From Synechococcus sp. A15-28 (lineage in GTDB: Bacteria > Cyanobacteriota > Cyanobacteriia > PCC-6307 > Cyanobiaceae), in assembly GCF_014280175.1 (NCBI RefSeq), contig NZ_CP047931.1, positions 2,160,001-2,192,000 on the forward strand: a stretch of DNA of 32,000 nucleotides, in the 5' to 3' direction. Each line of letters opens with the position of its first letter. The first letter of the stretch is position 1. The translations under genes were made by a program, and so were the position numbers. Shown piece by piece: positions 24,396 through 32,000 of this stretch. Below the pieces are notes generated by a model. The model was not told the DNA's origin and did not search any database. It was given only the letters and a program-made list of their open reading frames with translations.

Positions 24396-25114
24396 TGACC
24401 CAACCCAACCTGCTGATCCGCCCCGCAGCTGAACGCTTCCACAGCCAGAGGGACAGGCTGGAGTCCTGGCACACCTTTTCATTCTCCAATCACTTCGATC
24501 CTGCCTGGACAGGCTTCGGCCCCCTGCTGGTGATCAATGACGACACCATTGCTGCAGGGCAAGGATTTGGCATGCACCCGCACCGGGATATGGAGATCAT
24601 CACGGTGATGGTGGAGGGTCAGATCAACCACCACGACTCCATGGGCAACGCCGAAGTGCTGCGGGCTGGCGAAGTGCAACGCATGAGCGCTGGCACGGGG
24701 ATCGTTCACAGTGAAATGAACCAGGGTGAGTCGCTCTGTCGTCTTCTGCAGATCTGGATTGAACCTGTCCACAAGGGTCTTGAGCCCTCCTACGAGCAAC
24801 GCCACATCGAAGTCGGCAAGGCCTGGACACCGCTTCTGAATCCAGACCCGAGCCAGGGGGCCATGGCCATCGACCGGCCGGTACGGCTCTGGCGGGCGCA
24901 ACCCAATCATGGGCAGGAGCTCATCTTGCCTGAGGAGAGTGGTGACACCCTTTGGCTGCAACTGATCAACGGCTCCGTCCAGCTGGAAGGCATTGATGGC
25001 GATGCCCCTGATGCGCTCCATTGCGGTGATGGCCTGGGAATACGAAACCAACGGGATTGGACCCTGACGAGCCAGACCGACGACACCGATCTTTTGTTGT
25101 TCAGCCTGGCCTGA
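24395..25114 (+). CDS. pirin-family protein
   Basis: 239 aa. The cupin metal motif GFGMHPHRDMEIITVMVEGQINHHDSMGN plus GEVQRMSAGTGIVHSE is diagnostic of pirins. It is translationally coupled to the upstream reductase. Confidence 0.9.
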   Translation: MTQPNLLIRPAAERFHSQRDRLESWHTFSFSNHFDPAWTGFGPLLVINDDTIAAGQGFGMHPHRDMEIITVMVEGQINHHDSMGNAEVLRAGEVQRMSAGTGIVHSEMNQGESLCRLLQIWIEPVHKGLEPSYEQRHIEVGKAWTPLLNPDPSQGAMAIDRPVRLWRAQPNHGQELILPEESGDTLWLQLINGSVQLEGIDGDAPDALHCGDGLGIRNQRDWTLTSQTDDTDLLLFSLA

Positions 25115-25292
25115 ACCGCCACATGTGGATTCATGCCCAAATGACAACGCAGTAATGCTTGATACGTTTACGCGTCGTACAGGTCACATGTGTTGTCTTG
25201 CAAAGGATCTCGTCGACGACAAATTTCAGAATCGCGCCCCAGCTTCAGGCTTTGAGGCGTTGATCCCAAAGACATTCGGGCAATGCGAGCCA

Positions 25293-25306
25293 CACCAGAT
25301 CTGGTG
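25293..25306. repeat. perfect 14-bp palindrome CACCAGATCTGGTG in intergenic DNA
   Basis: Read directly from the sequence. It is self-complementary over 14 nt and lies 42 nt upstream of the ATG at 25348. Two further palindromes are in the same spacer: CCACATGTGG (25119-25128) and CACATGTG (25185-25192). Confidence 0.6.
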
Positions 25307-25347
25307 CCTTCAAATGACAAGGTCACAACAACAGACTCCCAAGAGCG

Positions 25348-25554
25348 ATGGGATTCCCGATGAGCCATGAGGCCGTGGTGCGATACCGCGGCTACCTTCT
25401 GCTGCCTCAGACCAATCAAAGCTGGCTGGTACGCCCGGAACGCAGTCCAATGCAGCTGTTGCCATTTCGAACGCCGACCTGCTCGCTGGCCGACGTCAAA
25501 GCGCTATTGGACTGGAGACTGTCGCAAGAACGATCAGAGATCGGGGTGGCCTGA
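25348..25554 (+). CDS. small hypothetical protein (68 aa)
   Basis: The ORF has third-position GC of about 69% by hand count, similar to real genes here. The sequence is plausibly globular (SHEAVVRYRGYLLLPQTNQSWLVRPERSPMQLLPFRTPTCSLADVKALLDWRL). An alternative ATG is at 25360. I recognise no family. Confidence 0.4.
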   Translation: MGFPMSHEAVVRYRGYLLLPQTNQSWLVRPERSPMQLLPFRTPTCSLADVKALLDWRLSQERSEIGVA

Positions 25555-25555
25555 A

Positions 25556-25807
25556 TCAGGCCGCCGCAGGTGGCGGCGTGGGATCGCCCAGGGGTTGTAA
25601 TGGAATCACCAGGGTGGCCCAATGGTCGGGTCGCTCTGGCCGAGGGCGACGCGACTGGCGCACGCCGAAGGGCACACGCAGCACATTGGTTCCTTCGATT
25701 GGCAAGGTATGGCCTCGGTTCAGCGCCGACTGCAGGCCTTCAGGCAGTTGGGGCAGATCCGGACCGTGTACTGATCCTGCGGATTTGCTGATGTCGCTCC
25801 GATCCAT
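25556..25807 (-). CDS. weak hypothetical ORF (83 aa from ATG 25807)
   Basis: An open frame convergent with the previous ORF. Third-position GC over the first 22 codons is only about 55%. The C-terminus is Pro/Arg-rich, and two other frames are also open here. It may be non-coding. Confidence 0.2.
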   Translation of the reverse strand: MDRSDISKSAGSVHGPDLPQLPEGLQSALNRGHTLPIEGTNVLRVPFGVRQSRRPRPERPDHWATLVIPLQPLGDPTPPPAAA

Positions 25808-25953
25808 GGTGTCCCCCGACAGACGAATCAGTTGCCGAAAAGTTTGACTGAAATTGAACAAACAACTGGTCAATCCAAATCATCTTTTCGGTTTTCAGTG
25901 AAAATTTACACGCCGGGGGGCAAAAGCACCAGCCCGAACTGGCAAGTCGCCCC

Positions 25954-28833
25954 CTAAGCAGCAACCGCCACAGCAATCTCTTCAACACTTGGGCACGTGC
26001 AAATCAAGTTGCGATCGCCATAGGCATTGTCAATACGAGCCACCGCGGGCCACACCTTGTTCTGCTGCTGATCAGGCAACGGGAATGCAGCCTGTTGTCG
26101 GCTGTAAGGACGATCCCAGTCCTCTGCGATGACAGCAGCCATCGTGTGAGGAGCCTGTTTCAAGGGGTTATTGCTGGCATCAATAGCCCCTGATTCGATC
26201 TCCCGAATTTCATCGCGGATGGCAATCATGGCGTCAGCAAAACGATCCAATTCCACCAGGCTTTCGCTTTCGGTGGGCTCCACCATCACGGTGCCGGCCA
26301 CAGGCCAACTCACCGTCGGCGCGTGGAAGCCGTAATCCATCAATCGTTTGGCGATGTCATCCACATCGATCCCGGCATCCCGTTTCAACGGACGCAAATC
26401 AAGGATGCATTCATGGGCAACACGTCCGGTGGCACCGCGGAACAGCACGGGGTAGTGCGGGTCCAGGCGAAGGGCCAGATAGTTGGCAGACAGCAACGCC
26501 ACCGCTGTGGCCTGGCGCAGGGCCTCCGCCCCCATCATCCGCAGGTACATCCAGCTGATCGGCAGGATGCTCGCACTGCCAAGAGCCGCTGCAGACACTG
26601 GCCCAATGGCTTGATCTGGCGAAGCCTGCAAGGGATGACCGGGGAGGAAGGGAGCCAGATGGGCCGCCACACCGATAGGACCAACACCGGGTCCGCCACC
26701 GCCGTGGGGAATGCAGAAGGTCTTGTGCAGGTTCAGATGGCAGACATCGGCACCGAAGGCGCCTGGACGGCACAAACCAACTTGAGCATTGAGGTTGGCG
26801 CCATCGAGATACACCTGACCACCGTGGCGATGCACCAGCTCACAAATCCCACGAATGCCGGTCTCGAAGACGCCATGGGTGGAGGGGTAGGTGACCATCA
26901 GGGCCGCCAATCGGTCGGCATGCTCCGCTGCACGGGCAGCCAGATCCTGCTGATCGATATTTCCGTCGGCGTCGCAAGCCACAGCCACAACCTTGAGACC
27001 CGCCATCACGGCACTGGCGGGGTTCGTGCCATGGGCACTGGTGGGGATCAGGCAGACATCGCGATGGTCGTCGCCTCTGGAGCGATGCCAGGCCCGGATC
27101 ACCAGCAGCCCGGCGTACTCCCCCTGGGACCCGGCATTGGGCTGAAGGGACACCGCCGCAAACCCCGTGAGAGCTGCTAGCCAGGCCTCCAGCTGCTCGG
27201 CCAACCGCTGATAGCCCGCAGCCTGCCGAGCGGGGGCGAAAGGGTGCAGCCCGGCGAATGCGGGCCAGCTCACCGGCAGCAGCTCTGCGGCCGCATTGAG
27301 CTTCATCGTGCAGCTGCCGAGGGGGATCATCCCGTGCACCAACGAGAGATCACGACTCACCAGGCGCTGGATGTAGCGCATCAATTCGGTCTCACTGCGG
27401 TGGCTGTGGAACACCGGTTGCGTGAGCCAGCCAGCGTCTCGCTCGGGTACACCGTCAAGCTCCTTGACGGAGACCAGCGGCAGGGCAGGGGCAACCTGTC
27501 CAACGGCGGCGGCCAAGGCCTCCGCCAATCTGGACAGTTCATCGGCTGTGGTGCATTCGTCCAAGGCGATGCCGAATCCCGTTGCCTCCGTGGCATCCGC
27601 ACCATCCGGCAGCACCCGCAGGTTGAAACCTGCTTCCCCAACCGCTTGATGCACAGCTGGAGAGAGGGGTGAAGTCAGGGTGACCGTGTCGAAGCGCTCG
27701 CCCTCCGGAACGACGAAGCCAAGGCTCTGCAGGACCAGCTCAAGCTGACGGCGCTGACCCACGATGCGGCGAGCGATCGCCATCAGACCGTCCGGGCCGT
27801 GGTGGACGGCGTAAAAGGACGCCATCACGGCAAGAAGCACCTGTGCTGTGCAGATGTTGCTGGTGGCCTTGTCGCGGCGGATGTGCTGTTCACGGGTCTG
27901 CAGAGCCAGCCGCAGGGCCGGATTGCCTGCCGAATCCTTGGACTGACCCACCAGACGGCCGGGGATCTGACGCTTGTAAGCATCTTTGGTGGCAAAGAAG
28001 GCGGCATGCGGGCCCCCGAAACCCATCGGCACGCCGAAACGCTGGGCACTGCCCACAGCGATGTCCGCACCGAAGGACGCCACGGGGGCGATCAGGGTCT
28101 GAGCCAGGGGATCGATGGCCACCGTCACCAGAGCCCCAGCCTCATGGGCACGGGCGATCACATCGCTCGGATCCCAGACCTGACCATCCGCACCGGGCAA
28201 CTGCAGCAACACACCGAAGACGGTGGGGTCGAAGCTGGCCTGTTGCGGCGTCACCCGTTCCAGAACGATCCCCAAGGGTTCCGCACGGGTCTGCAGCACA
28301 GCCCAGGTCTGGGGGAGGACGTTCTCATCCACCAGGAAGCGGTTGGCCTCCGCCCGTCGACAGAGGCCGCAGCTCAGGCTCATTGCTTCCGCCGCCGCTG
28401 TGGCCTCGTCGAGCAGGGAGGCGTTGGCGATGGGCAGACCGGTCAGTTCGCTGATCAGGGTCTGAAAATTGAGCAGAGCCTCGAGGCGCCCCTGGGCAAT
28501 CTCCGCTTGATAGGGGGTGTAAGCGGTGTACCAGGCCGGATTTTCAAAGACGTGCCGCTGGATCAACGCCGGCGTGGCCGTGCCGTAGTAACCCAGGCCG
28601 ATCAAAGAGCGGCGGGAATCGTTGGCAGCGGCAATCTCCCGCAGATGGGCCAACGCTTCGGCCTCCCCACAACATGGAGGAAGCACGTCCCGCGGCGGGG
28701 TGTCATCAAGGATGTCCGCCGGCACCACATCAGCCAAAAAGGCCGCCATATCGGCGAACCCCAAGTCGCTGAGCATCCGCTGCTGCTCCGCGTCGCTCGG
28801 GCCGACGTGACGCTGCAGGAAGGGGGAGGTCAC
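25954..28833 (-). CDS. gcvP: glycine dehydrogenase (decarboxylating), glycine-cleavage P protein
   Basis: Full-length single-chain GcvP: [61 protein letters not shown] (PLP lysine). There is no ATG between the gcvH stop and the conserved FLQRH block. The likely start is GTG 28833 (959 aa) or TTG 28836. The track ORF (to 28980) overlaps gcvH. Confidence 0.93.
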   Translation of the reverse strand: MTSPFLQRHVGPSDAEQQRMLSDLGFADMAAFLADVVPADILDDTPPRDVLPPCCGEAEALAHLREIAAANDSRRSLIGLGYYGTATPALIQRHVFENPAWYTAYTPYQAEIAQGRLEALLNFQTLISELTGLPIANASLLDEATAAAEAMSLSCGLCRRAEANRFLVDENVLPQTWAVLQTRAEPLGIVLERVTPQQASFDPTVFGVLLQLPGADGQVWDPSDVIARAHEAGALVTVAIDPLAQTLIAPVASFGADIAVGSAQRFGVPMGFGGPHAAFFATKDAYKRQIPGRLVGQSKDSAGNPALRLALQTREQHIRRDKATSNICTAQVLLAVMASFYAVHHGPDGLMAIARRIVGQRRQLELVLQSLGFVVPEGERFDTVTLTSPLSPAVHQAVGEAGFNLRVLPDGADATEATGFGIALDECTTADELSRLAEALAAAVGQVAPALPLVSVKELDGVPERDAGWLTQPVFHSHRSETELMRYIQRLVSRDLSLVHGMIPLGSCTMKLNAAAELLPVSWPAFAGLHPFAPARQAAGYQRLAEQLEAWLAALTGFAAVSLQPNAGSQGEYAGLLVIRAWHRSRGDDHRDVCLIPTSAHGTNPASAVMAGLKVVAVACDADGNIDQQDLAARAAEHADRLAALMVTYPSTHGVFETGIRGICELVHRHGGQVYLDGANLNAQVGLCRPGAFGADVCHLNLHKTFCIPHGGGGPGVGPIGVAAHLAPFLPGHPLQASPDQAIGPVSAAALGSASILPISWMYLRMMGAEALRQATAVALLSANYLALRLDPHYPVLFRGATGRVAHECILDLRPLKRDAGIDVDDIAKRLMDYGFHAPTVSWPVAGTVMVEPTESESLVELDRFADAMIAIRDEIREIESGAIDASNNPLKQAPHTMAAVIAEDWDRPYSRQQAAFPLPDQQQNKVWPAVARIDNAYGDRNLICTCPSVEEIAVAVAA

Positions 28834-28889
28834 CAAGGCGGACGCAGTTGAGTTCGCCGATCGTAAAGAAGGGTGACCGCCGCCCGATG

Positions 28890-29279
28890 TCAGCTTGCGT
28901 TCACCTTGGTGCCGTAGGTGCTGGCATCCATGAGGGCCTCGAGCTGGGAGGGATCGCTGGGCCGCAGCACCAGCAACCAACCTTCCCCATGGGGGTCGTT
29001 CTGCAACTCCTCGGGACTGGCGAGCACCGCCTCATTGCGTTGCACCACCTCGCCGGCCACCGGTGCATACATGTCTTCCACAGCCTTCACGGATTCCACC
29101 GATCCAAACGTGGCGCCCTTGTCCAGGCTGTCCCCCACTTGAGGAAGATCCACAAACACGATGTCCCCCAGCTGATCCACAGCAAAGGCACTGATGCCCA
29201 CTCGCACAAGCTCCCCATCGGCATTGGCGTACTCGTGGCTATCAGCGAAGCGAAAGGAAGCGGGGAACTCGAACGCCAT
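28890..29279 (-). CDS. gcvH: glycine-cleavage system H protein
   Basis: 129 aa, with the lipoyl-lysine motif [20 protein letters not shown] and a typical N-terminus (FRFADSHEY). Confidence 0.95.
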   Translation of the reverse strand: MAFEFPASFRFADSHEYANADGELVRVGISAFAVDQLGDIVFVDLPQVGDSLDKGATFGSVESVKAVEDMYAPVAGEVVQRNEAVLASPEELQNDPHGEGWLLVLRPSDPSQLEALMDASTYGTKVNAS

Positions 29280-29300
29280 CGACGGCAGATCCAGATGTCT

Positions 29301-30578
29301 TCACCCAGTCTGCGGGAGATCGATCAACCCCGCTGCATCCAGCACCGCAAGTGCCCGGGTCAGCGCCAGCTGCACGTGGGCGCGGTGGGTGCCGCCCTGC
29401 ACATAAAGGTTGTAGGGCTCCCTCAGGGGTGCATCGGCCGAAAACTCGCTGGTGGAGCCATCGATGAAGGTGCCACCGGCCATCACCAGGTCACTGGCAT
29501 AGCCCGGCATCGACGCGGGAACGGGATCCAGATAAGCGCCGACCGGTGAACAGGCCTGAAAAGCGCGACAAACCAGCTTGAGCGCTTCAGGGGAACCGAG
29601 CCGAACCGCCTGGATCAGATCACTGCGGTCGGCCCCGGGCGCTGGATTCACCGCAAAACCCAGCCGTTGGAACACACCAGCCACCAGATCAGCTCCGATC
29701 AGGGCCTCCGCCACCATCTGCGGCGCCAGAAACAATCCCTGCAACACCAGCCGCTGCAGGTCAAAACCCGTCCCCCCTTCGCGACCGATGCCCGGTGCCG
29801 TGAGCCGGCAGCAGGCCTGCTCCACCAGGGAGGCCCGTCCAGCGACATAGCCCCCTGTGGGCGCGATTGTTCCCCCCAGGTTTTTGATCAGCGAGCCAGC
29901 GATCAGATCCGCCCCCACCTGCGTTGGCTCCTGCTCCTGCACCAATTCGCCGTAGCAGTTGTCGACGAACACGACGCACTCCGGTTGCCGGCCATGGATG
30001 AGCTCACCGAGGCGTCCGATCTCCGCCACGGGAATCGATGGTCGCCAGCTGTAACCGCAGCTGCGCTGGATCAACACCATCCGGCAAGGGCGCTCCAGGG
30101 CCTGCTCAACAGTTGTGGTGTCCACTGAGCCATCGGCCTGCAGTTCAATCTCGTCGTAGCTGACGCCGAACTCCGCCAGGGAACCCTGGCCTGGATCCCG
30201 CAGGCCGATCACCTCTTCCAGCGTGTCGTAGGGACGCCCGGTGATGGACAGCAAACGGTCGCCGGGCCGCAGCACCCCAAACAGGGCCGCCGCAATGGCA
30301 TGGGTGCCGCTGACGAACTGCATGCGCACAGCAGCCGCTTCTGCACCCAAGACCCGTGCAAACACCCGGTCCACCACTTCACGCCCCTGATCCCCGTGGC
30401 CGTAACCGGTCAGGGATGCGAAATGCTGAGTCCCCACCCGTTCAGCGGCCAGGGCAGCCAGCACGCGCTCCAACCGCTGTTGAACCTGCTCCGTGCGCAC
30501 GGCAGCGAGGGGCTGCAGACCTCTGGCAACGGACGCCACAAAGTCCCTAGCGGCAGCGCTTCCTTCACCACTCGTCAC
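29301..30578 (-). CDS. PLP-dependent aluminium-resistance / methionine-gamma-lyase-family (YnbB-like) protein
   Basis: 425 aa resembling the so-called aluminium resistance protein family (LTGYGHGDQGREVVDRVFARVLGAEAAAVRMQFVSGTHAI, ITGRPYDTLEEVIG, SLIKNLGG with the putative PLP lysine). GTG start at 30578, with no in-frame ATG nearby. Its stop lies 21 nt upstream of the gcvH ATG. Confidence 0.8.
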   Translation of the reverse strand: MTSGEGSAAARDFVASVARGLQPLAAVRTEQVQQRLERVLAALAAERVGTQHFASLTGYGHGDQGREVVDRVFARVLGAEAAAVRMQFVSGTHAIAAALFGVLRPGDRLLSITGRPYDTLEEVIGLRDPGQGSLAEFGVSYDEIELQADGSVDTTTVEQALERPCRMVLIQRSCGYSWRPSIPVAEIGRLGELIHGRQPECVVFVDNCYGELVQEQEPTQVGADLIAGSLIKNLGGTIAPTGGYVAGRASLVEQACCRLTAPGIGREGGTGFDLQRLVLQGLFLAPQMVAEALIGADLVAGVFQRLGFAVNPAPGADRSDLIQAVRLGSPEALKLVCRAFQACSPVGAYLDPVPASMPGYASDLVMAGGTFIDGSTSEFSADAPLREPYNLYVQGGTHRAHVQLALTRALAVLDAAGLIDLPQTG

Positions 30579-30724
30579 GATGCGACATCAGAGTCCAGAT
30601 CTGCAGCATGCCCTCCCGACCACGGGTTATGGGCTCAACTCCTTTAGATTTCGGTCATCAATGGCACCAACCGCTCCTCGGCTTTCTGGTCTGAGCGGCC
30701 TCGTCAACCCCTGGAGTCTTCCTG

Positions 30725-31636
30725 TTGGTTTTCTCGCAAACAGCTGACACCCGCGAGCTTCGGCAACGGGCAGCGGTGCAAGCGCCCCGCGGTCCCCTGC
30801 CGGCCCGTCAGCGCAAGCTCAAGATGGGCACCACCAGTTTCATGGTGGTGATGCACGTGCTGGCCACCGTGGCTCTGCTGCCGCGGTTCTGGAGCTGGCA
30901 GGGCCTGGTGGCCTTCGGAGTGCTGTATTGGGTGACCGTTCTTGGCGTCACCCTGGGTCTGCACCGTCTAGTGGCCCATCGCAGCCTGGTGGTTCCGGTC
31001 TGGGTGGAGCGCGTGCTGGTGATCATGGGCACGCTGGCCTGCCAGAGCGGTCCGATCGAGTGGGTTGGCCTGCACCGCCACCACCACCGCTTCTCCGATC
31101 AACCCTCAGATCACCACGATGCCGGTCGCGGCTTGTGGTGGAGCCACAGCGAATGGATGCTGCACGACATCCCTGCCCTGAAGGAACTCGACCGCTACGC
31201 CGGTGATCTGCAGTGTGATCCCTTCTATCGCTGGCTCGACCGCTGGTTCCTCCTGCTGCAGATCCCCCTTGGACTTGGTCTGTACTGGATCGGAGAAGCA
31301 GCACAGGTGAGCGGTGGCGGCGTGGGACTGGTGCTCTGGGCCATCCCCCTGCGACTGGTGGTCGTGTATCACGTGACCTGGCTGGTGAATTCCGCCACCC
31401 ATGCCTTCGGCTATCGCAATTTCGATTGCCCTGATCTTTCCCGCAACTGCTGGTGGGTGGCACTGCTCTCCTTCGGTGAGGGCTGGCACAACAACCACCA
31501 CGCCCATCCCGCCAGTGCGCGCCATGGTCTGCGTTGGTTCGAGTTCGATCTCACCTGGCAGCACGTGCGCCTGCTCAAGCGCCTTGGCTTGGCAAGCCGT
31601 GTCAGGACGGCTCGCTACGTGCCTGGGGCCTCCTGA
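30725..31636 (+). CDS. desC: acyl-lipid delta-9-type fatty-acid desaturase
   Basis: Three histidine boxes are present: HRLVAH, HRHHHRFSD, HNNHHAHP. The start is unresolved: TTG 30725 (303 aa), GTG 30776 or the first ATG 30824 (270 aa). The basic RQRKLK segment before the first TM resembles the DesC N-region, favouring a start upstream of the ATG. Confidence 0.88.
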   Translation: MVFSQTADTRELRQRAAVQAPRGPLPARQRKLKMGTTSFMVVMHVLATVALLPRFWSWQGLVAFGVLYWVTVLGVTLGLHRLVAHRSLVVPVWVERVLVIMGTLACQSGPIEWVGLHRHHHRFSDQPSDHHDAGRGLWWSHSEWMLHDIPALKELDRYAGDLQCDPFYRWLDRWFLLLQIPLGLGLYWIGEAAQVSGGGVGLVLWAIPLRLVVVYHVTWLVNSATHAFGYRNFDCPDLSRNCWWVALLSFGEGWHNNHHAHPASARHGLRWFEFDLTWQHVRLLKRLGLASRVRTARYVPGAS

Positions 31637-31710
31637 TCCCCTCAAATTCCTCCGATCAGGCCACGTCGTAACGTGGTCGATCGCACAGATAACGTCCGCC
31701 CCCAGGTTCC

Positions 31711-32000
31711 ATGCCCAAGCGTGTACAAGTCGTTCTGAATGAGGACGTCCTCAGCCTCGGCAGGGACGGAGACCTGGTGGAGGTCGCCCCCGGTTACGCC
31801 CGCAACTTCCTGCTTCCCTTTGGCAAGGCTGTCCCGGTGACGCCTGCGGTGATGAAGCAGGTGGAGCACCGCCGCGCCAAGGAAGCCGAACGCCAAGCAG
31901 CTCTGAAGCAGGCAGCCCTCGACTTCCAGACTGCTCTGGCCACCATCGGTAGTTTCACAGTCAAGAAGCAGACCGGTGAGGACAACGTGCTGTTCGGCAC
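31711..32000 (+). CDS. rplI: 50S ribosomal protein L9, 3' end beyond window
   Basis: Not in the ORF track because it has no stop in the window. ATG 31711 translates to [64 protein letters not shown]..., the conserved L9 N-terminal domain. Confidence 0.9.
   Translation, partial: MPKRVQVVLNEDVLSLGRDGDLVEVAPGYARNFLLPFGKAVPVTPAVMKQVEHRRAKEAERQAALKQAALDFQTALATIGSFTVKKQTGEDNVLFG

Noticed and set aside
26323-29549. Long plus-strand ORFs (285, 350 and 233 aa) opposite gcvP and gcvH
   Set aside because: For the same reason, these are shadow frames of strongly supported minus-strand genes. Their products are Gly/Arg/His-rich with no domain signatures.
10531-30603. Recurrence of the palindromic octamer CAGATCTG (10531, 14008, 24749, 25296, 30596), possibly a HIP-like iterated palindrome
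   Set aside because: Three of the five copies are inside genes, where they are built from the most favoured codons (CAG, ATC, CTG, GAT). The count is small and only one window is available. It could be revisited with genome-wide k-mer statistics.
30579-30724. Possible glycine riboswitch upstream of the PLP-enzyme/gcvH/gcvP operon
   Set aside because: The reverse complement of the leader lacks the conserved glycine-riboswitch cores (GGAGAG ... ACCGAAGGGGCAA-type segments). Only short, unconvincing hairpins are present.
1-32000. Scan for HIP1 (GCGATCGC), CRISPR repeats, tRNA/rRNA genes and IS or integrase genes
   Set aside because: I saw only a few isolated GCGATCGC sites (for example near 20630, 26013 and 27775). 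There is no repeat-spacer array. No intergenic segment has tRNA-like arms or a T-loop GTTCGAATC motif. No transposase or integrase-like translation appears in any frame.

Overview
Dense, almost entirely protein-coding 32-kb chromosomal window from a high-GC picocyanobacterium. Gene content and protein sequences look like marine Synechococcus/Cyanobium, but that is inference only. I support 28 CDS, two of them weak. In order they are: a 5'-truncated TpsB-type outer-membrane transporter, ndk, speA and a CHASE2-sensor adenylate cyclase translationally coupled to speA. Next come a DUF928 secreted protein, then a cNMP-gated MscS channel and a DUF3307 protein, both in a low-GC islet, then alaS. A tightly packed small-membrane-protein/SNF2/SWIM/MEKHLA operon follows, then hsp20, an Nramp-like transporter with a non-canonical metal motif, the flv3-flv1 flavodiiron pair and a rubrerythrin with a true rubredoxin domain. 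After that come a ZIP-like transporter in a second low-GC islet, an HxlR regulator divergent from FMN-reductase+pirin, and a gene-poor 0.84-kb stretch with palindromes and small ORFs. The window ends with a PLP-enzyme/gcvH/gcvP operon, a delta-9-type desaturase and the 5' part of rplI, which runs off the window and is absent from the ORF track. I recognised no rRNA, tRNA, CRISPR array, transposase or integrase. The two best candidates for an undescribed system are: (i) the CHASE2 cyclase / DUF928 / cNMP-gated MscS neighbourhood, with a TpsB gene nearby; (ii) the membrane-protein/SNF2/SWIM/MEKHLA operon. Also notable are the metal and oxygen-stress supercluster (16.1-25.1 kb), with two transporters carrying variant metal-site motifs, and several structured non-coding elements. 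All family calls come from reading motifs by eye; no searches were run.
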